From the NCBI GenBank assembly GCA_965228485.1, contig OZ245819.1, positions 90,001 to 122,000 on the forward strand: 32,000 nucleotides of DNA, given 5' to 3'. Within the stretch, counting starts at the first letter, position 1. Every line of letters begins with the position of its first letter. The stretch comes from Candidatus Saccharimonadota bacterium (lineage in GTDB: Bacteria > Patescibacteriota > Gracilibacteria > UBA4473). A model generated the notes under the pieces. The model was not told the DNA's origin, searched no databases, and was given only the letters and a program-made list of their open reading frames with translations. Below are positions 17,671 to 24,434 of the stretch, in pieces. The position numbers and the translations under genes are program-made.

Positions 17671-18915
17671 ATGAGAAGAGTAGTTGTAACAGGACTGGGG
17701 ATCGTATCACCACTGGGCGCAGATGCCCAAACGGTGACAGCCGCGCTGCAGGCAGGAACGTCGGCAACACGACTTGACCCAGTTTTCAAAGAAATGGGTT
17801 TTCGGTGTCATGTATCAGCGCCGATTCCAAACCTGGCCGAACTGGCCGAGGAGCTTGATCGGAAGCAGAAGAGCTTCCATGGCAAGGGGGATACCCTGCT
17901 GATCGGGCACCTGGCTATGGCTCGGGCGGTTGCGGACTCGGGTCTGACTCTGGACCAAATTTCGGATCCGATGGTCGGCCTGTACTGCGGTACGGGCGGT
18001 CCTTCGACGGAAGATCAGGTTCAGGCGGTCAATACCACCATCGAAAAAGGTGGCCCAAAACGTATGGGGCCGCGTATGGTCACGCCGACCATGAGCTCCG
18101 GTCTACAAGCGGTGCTGTGTACGCAGTACCAGATCAAGGGTCTGAACATTTCGATGACTTCCGCCTGCGCGACCAGTGCTCATAGCATTGGGGAAGCCTG
18201 GTGGGCGATTCGGACGGGGCGGCAGAACATCATGTTCGCCGGTGGTTCAGAAGATTGCCACTGGACAAAGGCCTGTGGCTTCGACGCGATGCCGGCACTT
18301 GCTCAGGGGTTCAACGATTCGCCGGAAGTAGCCTCTCGTGCTTTCGATGCTGGCCGGAGTGGCTTTGTCGATGCGGCTGGCGGCGGGATGATCGTTCTCG
18401 AAGAGTATGAGGCGGCGAAGGCTCGTGGCGCCAAGATCTACGCGGAGCTTGTCGGATACGGGGCCAACTCTGACGGCGATGATATGGTCGCTCCTTCTGG
18501 GGAAGGCGCTGAGCGGTGCATGAAAATGGCGCTCTCGACTGTTGATGGTGACATTGATTACGTCAACCCGCACGGAACGTCCACGCCGGTCGGTGATGTC
18601 AAGGAGGTCGGGGCTCTGGCTTCGATCTTTTCCGCAAGACAGGAGGCGCTTCCGCTTTTGGCTTCCACGAAGTCGATGACGGGACATGCTCTTGGCGGCG
18701 CTGGCGTGACTGAAGCGATCTACACGTTGCTGATGATGCAGGGGGACTTTGTCGCTCCTTCGATCAACATCGATGAGATCGACCCGGAAATTGCCGCTTT
18801 GGGCTGGACCGATTTCATTCCACGTGAAGCCCGTGAACGCAAAATCCGCCAGGCGCTCTCCAACAGCTTCGGCTTTGGGGGGACAAACGCCTCTCTGGTT
18901 TTTGCGGCCGTCTGA
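17671..18915 (+). CDS. fabB: 3-oxoacyl-[ACP] synthase, KAS I/II family (FabB-like)
   Basis: It appears collinear by eye, end to end, with E. coli FabB as I recall it: VVVTGLGIVSPLG, SACATSAH (Cys166), GGSEDCHWTKACGFDAMPAL, DMVAPSGEGAERCMKMA, NPHGTSTPVGD (His301), SMTGHALG (His339), SNSFGFGGTNASLV. The Cys-His-His triad is intact. Confidence 0.9.
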   Translation: MRRVVVTGLGIVSPLGADAQTVTAALQAGTSATRLDPVFKEMGFRCHVSAPIPNLAELAEELDRKQKSFHGKGDTLLIGHLAMARAVADSGLTLDQISDPMVGLYCGTGGPSTEDQVQAVNTTIEKGGPKRMGPRMVTPTMSSGLQAVLCTQYQIKGLNISMTSACATSAHSIGEAWWAIRTGRQNIMFAGGSEDCHWTKACGFDAMPALAQGFNDSPEVASRAFDAGRSGFVDAAGGGMIVLEEYEAAKARGAKIYAELVGYGANSDGDDMVAPSGEGAERCMKMALSTVDGDIDYVNPHGTSTPVGDVKEVGALASIFSARQEALPLLASTKSMTGHALGGAGVTEAIYTLLMMQGDFVAPSINIDEIDPEIAALGWTDFIPREARERKIRQALSNSFGFGGTNASLVFAAV

Positions 18916-18930
18916 TCTACGAAAAGAATT

Positions 18931-18975
18931 GGGGCAGAGCACTTGTGTTCCTGCCCCTTTTCGTCATTTTTTTTT
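18931..18975 (+). terminator. Rho-independent terminator with G/C stem, belonging to the island
   Basis: GGGGCAG (18931-18937) pairs with CTGCCCC (18951-18957) around a 13-nt loop, followed by TTTTCGTCATTTTTTTTT. Confidence 0.7.
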
Positions 18976-18982
18976 AAAATCT

Positions 18983-19010
18983 TTGCAAATATAAAAATTC
19001 GAGTTACAAT
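18983..19010 (+). promoter_or_regulatory. Candidate sigma70-type promoter upstream of pyrG
   Basis: TTGCAA (18983-18988), a 16-nt spacer, then TACAAT (19005-19010). The predicted start (~19017) falls inside the left arm of the following hairpin. Confidence 0.35.
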
Positions 19011-19012
19011 GG

Positions 19013-19043
19013 AATCCCGTAGAGCACTGCGGGATTTTTTTTT
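19013..19043 (+). terminator. Second rho-independent terminator (host-like composition)
   Basis: AATCCCG (19013-19019) pairs with CGGGATT (19030-19036) around a 10-nt loop, followed by a T9 run. Confidence 0.7.
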
Positions 19044-19092
19044 AGAAAAGCCAGTTCTCGTGCTGTACGAAATCTGTATTTTTTAGTTTATA

Positions 19093-20697
19093 ATGTCAAA
19101 ATTTGTATTCGTTACGGGAGGTGTTTGTAGTAGTTTAGGAAAGGGGATTGTAGCTTCTAGTGCCGCGGCTATTTTAAAATCGTCGGGCTTGAAAGTAGCT
19201 ATTATGAAATTGGATCCTTATTTGAATGTAGATCCAGGAACGATGAGTCCTTTTCAGCATGGAGAGGTTTTTGTTCTTGATGATGGAAGTGAGACGGATT
19301 TGGATTTAGGACATTATGAACGTTTTATCGATACACCTTTGAGTGGCGTATGTACGGTAACAACTGGAAAAGTGTATAGTGAGGTATTAGAAGAGGAAAG
19401 AGAAGGGAAGTATCTTGGAGGAACAATCCAGGTTGTACCCCATATTACCAGTAAGATTTTGCAAAAAGTAGAAGCTGCGGCTAAAAAAATGAAAGTTGAT
19501 GTATTGGTGGTTGAAATTGGAGGGACGGTTGGAGATATTGAAGGAGAGCCATTTTTGGAAGTGATTCGTCAGATGAAAAATAAATATGGTGATGATCTTG
19601 TGTCATTGCATTTGACACTACTACCGTATTTAGCTGCTTCTGGAGAGCTTAAGACTAAACCAACTCAATTGTCGGTAAGAGAGCTAAGACGTGTAGGGAT
19701 TCATCCTGATATGATCTTCTGTAGAGCGGATGTAAAAATTCCAAAAGCGCTTCTAAAGAAAGTCGCTTATTTTTGTGATGTGGCAGAAGATTGTGTAATT
19801 CCAGCTGAAACCGTTAAATCTATTTATGAAGTTCCACTGCGTTTTGAGAAAAGTAAGGTTGGAGAAATTTTAGCTAAGAAATTAAACCTTGGAGACCTAA
19901 AGTTTGATCTTTCTGAATGGGAAGAGGGAGTGCAAAAAATCATTAGAACGAAAAAAGAATTAACGATTGGTTTGGCTGGTAAATACAACGAATTGGATGA
20001 TGCTTATTTGTCGGTTATTGAAGCAGCTAAATCAGCGGGATTCTTTCACGGATACAAAGTTGGTATTGAATGGATTGATACCGAGCTTATCGAGCAAAAG
20101 GATGAAGCTGAATGGGAAAAATTAAAGAATGTATCTGGGGTAGTTGTTCCAGGGGGATTTGGTAATCGAGGAACTGAAGGAAAAATTCTTGTAGCTCAAT
20201 ATTGTCGAGAGAATGAGAAACCATACTTAGGACTCTGTCTTGGAAGTCAGATTATGGCGATAGAATTTGCACGAAATGTTCTAGGTCTAAAAGATGCTAC
20301 AAGTGAAGAATTCGATGAAGCTGGAAAGTCTAAAAATCATGTAATTCATTTTATTCCAGAGCAGAAAAACATCAGAAGAAAAGGCGGGACGATGCGTTTA
20401 GGAGCTTATGATTGTCGGATTGAGAAGGGAACTAAGGCTTTTGAAATTTATGGGCAAGCAAATGTCTCTGAACGACATAGGCATCGTTATGAGTTTAATG
20501 ATGAATTTTTGCTAAAATTTGAAGGGAGTGATTTTGTGATTTCAGGAAGAAATCCACAGTCTGATCTTGTAGAGATTGTGGAGATTAAAAACCATCCGTT
20601 TATGGTAGCGGGACAATTTCACCCAGAGCTGATTAGTCGACCATTCAAACCACATCCACTCTTCAGAGCTTTTATTGGTGCGGCAAAAGATAATTAA
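19093..20697 (+). CDS. pyrG: CTP synthase
   Basis: The N-terminal KFVFVTGGVCSSLGKG, DPYLNVDPGTMSPFQHGEVFV and HYERF are present. The glutaminase domain has GLCLGSQ (catalytic Cys) and HPE. Confidence 0.97.
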   Translation: MSKFVFVTGGVCSSLGKGIVASSAAAILKSSGLKVAIMKLDPYLNVDPGTMSPFQHGEVFVLDDGSETDLDLGHYERFIDTPLSGVCTVTTGKVYSEVLEEEREGKYLGGTIQVVPHITSKILQKVEAAAKKMKVDVLVVEIGGTVGDIEGEPFLEVIRQMKNKYGDDLVSLHLTLLPYLAASGELKTKPTQLSVRELRRVGIHPDMIFCRADVKIPKALLKKVAYFCDVAEDCVIPAETVKSIYEVPLRFEKSKVGEILAKKLNLGDLKFDLSEWEEGVQKIIRTKKELTIGLAGKYNELDDAYLSVIEAAKSAGFFHGYKVGIEWIDTELIEQKDEAEWEKLKNVSGVVVPGGFGNRGTEGKILVAQYCRENEKPYLGLCLGSQIMAIEFARNVLGLKDATSEEFDEAGKSKNHVIHFIPEQKNIRRKGGTMRLGAYDCRIEKGTKAFEIYGQANVSERHRHRYEFNDEFLLKFEGSDFVISGRNPQSDLVEIVEIKNHPFMVAGQFHPELISRPFKPHPLFRAFIGAAKDN

Positions 20698-20769
20698 AAC
20701 ATTTTATTTTTTGGTCAATTTAAATACGTGAAAAGCCAGTCCTAGACTCTGGAAAAAATGTGTTTGGTA

Positions 20770-20778
20770 TGGTATAAT
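20770..20778 (+). promoter_or_regulatory. Extended -10 element (TGgTATAAT) placed 8 nt before an ATG
   Basis: TGGTATAAT spans 20770-20778 and the ORF ATG is at 20787. This geometry implies a leaderless or nearly leaderless mRNA if the element is used. Confidence 0.35.
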
Positions 20779-20786
20779 CGCGTGAT

Positions 20787-21977
20787 ATGCGTAAGTATTT
20801 TTTTCAGGCTGTAACTCAAGAGGGGAAACAAATCTCAGGATTTGTGAGTGCTCCTTCTTTAGATGAGGCTAGAGATAAGCTTAAGGCAGGGGGACTTTCA
20901 ATCCTTACTCTGGAAGAGCCTAAAGAGGATTTAACTGGGAAGTTAGTTGCAGGGCTTAAGTCTTTTGAATTTGAAGCTACAAATAGTGCTCGAAAGAAAA
21001 TTAGAGGGACGATTGAAGCGGAAGATCGTTATGCCGCTTACAAAAAATTGAGACTCGAATATGAGTTAGAAGTTGATTATATCGCTGATATGACATTGCC
21101 TCCAAGTAAGAAAGAGGCAGAAAAGGCTAAGGGGATTGAGCAGGATTTGGTAGAACGTCTAAAAATTGAAGTCAAGATTGCAGAGAAGAAAGAGAGTAAG
21201 AAGAAAAAAGGGAAAAAAAAGAAAGAGGAAAATACTACTGATGAAATTCAAGAAGCGGTAGAGGCGAATGAGAAAGAGCGGCAGTTTATGATGGAAAAGA
21301 TCGATGCAGTTCTTTCTGAAGTGATTCCACTTCTAGAAGAAAATGCTGAGTATATTGATACTAATAAAAAACGTCAGATTGAAGAGAGGATTAACCTCTT
21401 GATGCGTTTGAAACACTCTAATTCAGTGGCGCATCTAAAGAGCCTGACAAAGCGTATTCTCGATCAGATCACCAATGATGAGATCTTTTTGCAGGATTCG
21501 AATATTCCACCAGACCTACAAGAAGAAATTGATCGTCGGAAGACGGCCTTCCAGTCGGTGGGAAGAAAATTTGATAAAGCCATTAGTAAAGGGTTGGTAG
21601 ACCTTCAGGTTCAGTTGGCTAAAATTGATACCCAGGGATTGAAGGATACCGTAACAGAAATTCGGTTGATTGAGCAATTGATCAATATTTTCTATCTTAC
21701 TTTTTCGTGTCTATTTTTATACTTCGTTGGTTTTTTAATTTTTAATTTAGGGCGTGGTTTGATGGAAATTTCTGTGAGTCAGAGTAATTTTTATCTGACG
21801 TCCCCATTGATTTGGTATGCTTGGGGATTCTCTTTGATTCTGATCGTTTCTTTTTACTTTTTTCGGTTTTCTCCACAGGTAAAAAATTGGAGAGATAAGA
21901 TAATTGTTCTGGCAAGTACAGCATTGGCTCTGTTCCTATATACCGTACAATTTCCTGTTATTTTTTACTGGGTATAG
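20787..21977 (+). CDS. Hypothetical membrane protein with two GspF/PilC-N-terminus-like modules, a coiled-coil/Lys-rich linker and 3 C-terminal TM helices
   Basis: Residues 1-44 (MRKYFFQAVTQEGKQISGFVSAPSLDEARDKLKAGGLSILTLEE) match the pattern of the extreme N-termini of T2SS-F/PilC platform proteins. A second copy spans residues 60-99 (FEFEATNSARKKIRGTIEAEDRYAAYKKLRLEYELEVDYI). The C-terminus has hydrophobic helices. I recognise no canonical T2SSF helical-bundle block. Confidence 0.7.
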   Translation: MRKYFFQAVTQEGKQISGFVSAPSLDEARDKLKAGGLSILTLEEPKEDLTGKLVAGLKSFEFEATNSARKKIRGTIEAEDRYAAYKKLRLEYELEVDYIADMTLPPSKKEAEKAKGIEQDLVERLKIEVKIAEKKESKKKKGKKKKEENTTDEIQEAVEANEKERQFMMEKIDAVLSEVIPLLEENAEYIDTNKKRQIEERINLLMRLKHSNSVAHLKSLTKRILDQITNDEIFLQDSNIPPDLQEEIDRRKTAFQSVGRKFDKAISKGLVDLQVQLAKIDTQGLKDTVTEIRLIEQLINIFYLTFSCLFLYFVGFLIFNLGRGLMEISVSQSNFYLTSPLIWYAWGFSLILIVSFYFFRFSPQVKNWRDKIIVLASTALALFLYTVQFPVIFYWV

Positions 21978-22025
21978 GGATATCAATTTATTTGATAAAA
22001 CTGAGGGAATTAGTAGTTTTTAGTC

Positions 22026-22799
22026 ATGAATTTTTCTCAGATTAATTTCAGTGTCTTTGCTCTAAAGATTTATGGAATTTTACTTAGTATTGGTTTTTTA
22101 ATTGCTTCATTACATTTTTATAAATCCTTAAAGGCTGAAAATTTTTCTGAAGATTTTTTTATTCACCATTATTGGCGATGGCTTTTAGGGGCATTATTGC
22201 TTGGAAGATTATTTGCGGTATTACTCAACCCAGAAATTTTTGAGGTTTTTGGGATTTTTTCTTTTTTTGCTTTTTGGGAAGGAGAAGTGAGTTTCTATGG
22301 GGCTGCTTTGGGATTTGTTCTTACGATGTATGTTGATCTCAAAAAACATAAAAAATCATTCTGGAAGTGGGCTGATTTGGGAGTTCCATCTTTTTTGATT
22401 GGAGTTTTAATTATGGATTTGGCGGCTTTTTTAACTGGGGCTATTTATGGAACTGAAACTAATATGCCGTGGGGAATTCAGTATGAGACTTTTGGAGTTG
22501 AAATTATTAACCCTGTACATCCCGTAACGCTGTATGCCTTTGTTTTTCATTTAATCTTACTTCAATGGGCAAGGAAGCTTTATGAACCTTATAAAAAGAC
22601 ACCTGGACGGTTATTCCTTAAGTTTTGTTTATTCTTCTTCTTAGCGGATTTCTTTTTACAGTTTATCCAGGGAAATGCAGTTTTGGTTTTAGGCGGACTT
22701 AAGGCTGGTCAATGGGTCGATCTACTTGTGGTGCTTGTGGCCCTTTGGATTCTTTATGCTAGAAGTACGATTGCTCGTCTTAAAAAACGTTCGGCGTAA
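22026..22799 (+). CDS. lgt: Prolipoprotein diacylglyceryl transferase-like polytopic membrane protein
   Basis: The 257-aa ORF has about 7 TM helices. The order of YGILLSIGFLIA, LLLGRLFAVL, VSFYGAALGF and GTETNMPWG resembles the Lgt blocks (YG..., GGRLG..., LSxHGG, ...PWG). It is divergent, and the G-R-x-G-N-F block is not conserved. Confidence 0.6.
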   Translation: MNFSQINFSVFALKIYGILLSIGFLIASLHFYKSLKAENFSEDFFIHHYWRWLLGALLLGRLFAVLLNPEIFEVFGIFSFFAFWEGEVSFYGAALGFVLTMYVDLKKHKKSFWKWADLGVPSFLIGVLIMDLAAFLTGAIYGTETNMPWGIQYETFGVEIINPVHPVTLYAFVFHLILLQWARKLYEPYKKTPGRLFLKFCLFFFLADFFLQFIQGNAVLVLGGLKAGQWVDLLVVLVALWILYARSTIARLKKRSA

Positions 22800-23525
22800 C
22801 TATTGTATGCACCAGTTAATTGGAGTGATTTTTTTACTTTCTAGAAACTGGTTGGTTGCCGAGAAGTGTTTACATCCAAAAAATCCTGAATGAGCCGAAA
22901 AAGGTGATGGGTGAGCAGCTTCTAAAATAAGATGCTTCTTTTGGTCAATCAGTACTTTTTTTGATTGAGCAAATCTACCCCAGAGTAAGAAGACTAAGTT
23001 TTCTTTTTCTTCAGAACATTTTCTGATGACTTCATCAGTAAAGTTTTCCCATCCTTTGCCGCTGTGTGAGGTGGGGGATTTGTGTCTTACGGTTAAGGTG
23101 CTATTGAGTAATAACACCCCTTGTTCTGCCCAGGTCTCAAGATTTCCGTGCATTGGAATATCGCAGCCTATGTCGGTATGAATTTCTTTGTAAATGTTTT
23201 GCAGACTCGGTGGAATATTAATTCCCTTATTTACCGAAAAACTTAATCCATGAGCCTGTCCTGGACCATGATAAGGATCTTGGCCTAGAAGTATGACTTT
23301 TGTTTTATCAAATGAGCACTGATTAAACGCATTAAAAATAAGTTGTGGTTTTGGATATACCACTTGTTTGGCTTCTATTTCTGAAATAAGAAAAGATTTA
23401 AGCTCTCTAAAATAATCTTTTTCAAACTCATCTCCAAGAATAGTTTTCCAGCTGTCTTCGATTTGAATATTTCTGGAAGTCATAATTGAGAATATTAACC
23501 TCTTCTGTCGGCTAGATTCTTCCAT
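22800..23525 (-). CDS. ung: Uracil-DNA glycosylase, family 1
   Basis: GQDPYHGPGQAHGLSFSV (catalytic Asp), PPSL, LLLNSTLTV and the HPSPFSA His loop are present. The true start is probably Met15 (23483), which removes the 31-nt overlap with secF. Confidence 0.94.
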   Translation of the reverse strand: MEESSRQKRLIFSIMTSRNIQIEDSWKTILGDEFEKDYFRELKSFLISEIEAKQVVYPKPQLIFNAFNQCSFDKTKVILLGQDPYHGPGQAHGLSFSVNKGINIPPSLQNIYKEIHTDIGCDIPMHGNLETWAEQGVLLLNSTLTVRHKSPTSHSGKGWENFTDEVIRKCSEEKENLVFLLWGRFAQSKKVLIDQKKHLILEAAHPSPFSAHSGFFGCKHFSATNQFLESKKITPINWCIQ

Positions 23526-24394
23526 TCAGCGAGCATTGGAGCCGCAATAAAAATGGAAGAATAGGTTCCTACGGCAATTCCTACGGTCAGAGCTAGTACA
23601 AAGAAGAAGATAGAATCCGCCCCCCAGATAAGGAGTGATATTAGCGGTAGAAGTGTAGAAATAGAAGTGTTAATAGACCTTGTAAGTGTTTGTTGAACAG
23701 AGTTTTCGATAGTGTCTTCAAATGTTTCACTTGCTTTTTGAAGTCGAATATTTTCTCGAACTCGGTCTAGGATTACGATGGTATCATTTACAGAGAATCC
23801 AAGAGTTGCCAGTAAAGCTGTGATAAAGGGGAGATCGAGTTCTACTTGATAGATAGCTCCTAGAACCACAAAGATACCGAAAACAATCGCGATATCGTGA
23901 AATAGTGCAATAATGGCCACTCCTCCAAACCGCCAAGGATTAATGGCTTCAGGGATTCTTCTAAATACAAAAGCCACGAAAAGGATAATTCCTGCTAAGG
24001 CCGTCAAAATTGCGTAAAGTGACTTTGTTTTAAAACTAGCTCCAATAGTGGCGTCTACCTTTCGATAAGAAACCTCTGTGAAGTTTCCAACTTGGTTTCT
24101 TAAGTTTTGAGCAATAGATTGAATAGTTTTATCGTCTAGGTCCTGGATTGTAATCAGGAATGTATTGTTTTCTGAAGGTTGAACTTTTACTTCTTTTGTT
24201 AGGGCTGCCTCATTAGCAAAGAAGTTGGTAAGTTCTTCTTGATTTATAGTTTCTTCGAATTGGATATCCCATCGAGCTCCTCCGATGAAATCCAATCCGA
24301 GTTTTGGACCGATTGTAAAGGCTGCAATTAGACTGGCAGCAACGAAACATCCTGAGATAGTGAACCAAATTTTTCGGGTGGCAGTGATATTCAT
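23495..24394 (-). CDS. secF: Protein translocase subunit SecF
   Basis: LGLDFIGG is near the N-terminus. It has a periplasmic P4-like segment and then the conserved 5-TM block, including GFSVNDTIVILDRVREN. Confidence 0.92.
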   Translation of the reverse strand: MNITATRKIWFTISGCFVAASLIAAFTIGPKLGLDFIGGARWDIQFEETINQEELTNFFANEAALTKEVKVQPSENNTFLITIQDLDDKTIQSIAQNLRNQVGNFTEVSYRKVDATIGASFKTKSLYAILTALAGIILFVAFVFRRIPEAINPWRFGGVAIIALFHDIAIVFGIFVVLGAIYQVELDLPFITALLATLGFSVNDTIVILDRVRENIRLQKASETFEDTIENSVQQTLTRSINTSISTLLPLISLLIWGADSIFFFVLALTVGIAVGTYSSIFIAAPMLAEWKNLADRRG

Positions 24395-24434
24395 TTTTAA
24401 CAGATTAGTGTTTTATAAAATTTCAGTGATAAGT

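Larger units (their letters stand above)
17590..18975 (+). other. G+C-rich compositional island (probable horizontally acquired cassette)
   Basis: Composition changes abruptly. Hand counts of 60-nt lines give 52% at 18001 and 62% at 18361, against 40% for line 20101 in pyrG. Third codon positions are G/C-rich. A long spurious antisense ORF (18247..18942) is typical of high-GC DNA. Confidence 0.8.

Noticed and set aside
18247-18942. 231-aa minus-strand ORF, plus 17586..17789 (-), 18201..18410 (+) and 18749..18994 (+), inside the G+C-rich island.
   Set aside because: Long stop-free antisense or off-frame ORFs are expected in high-GC DNA. The translations are Arg/Ser/Pro-rich nonsense, while the plus-strand frame aligns end to end with FabB-type synthases.
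17625-18964. 8-bp direct repeat CTTTTCGT (17625-17632 and 18957-18964) flanking the KAS gene, considered as a possible target-site duplication.
   Set aside because: With ~100-nt search windows on each side, an 8-mer match is expected by chance at roughly the 10-20% level, and more in AT-biased DNA. No inverted repeats, integrase or transposase accompany it.
17590-18975. Assembly chimera or contaminant as the explanation for the G+C-rich segment.
   Set aside because: It is not fully excluded, but it would need two chimeric joins. Host-like low-GC sequence with ordinary housekeeping genes resumes on both sides, which favours a genuine insertion. Read-level validation is listed as the check.
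18935-19028. Shared octamer AGAGCACT in the loops of the two tandem terminators.
   Set aside because: It is a single short match with no surrounding similarity. I cannot distinguish it from coincidence without homologous sequences.
18983-19092. CTP-sensing reiterative-transcription attenuator of the Bacillus/Lactococcus pyrG type.
   Set aside because: That mechanism needs an initially transcribed GGGC-type sequence and a pyrimidine tract in the terminator's 5' arm for poly-G pairing. Here the region after the -10 reads GGAAUCCCG, and the predicted start falls inside the hairpin arm, so the architecture does not fit.
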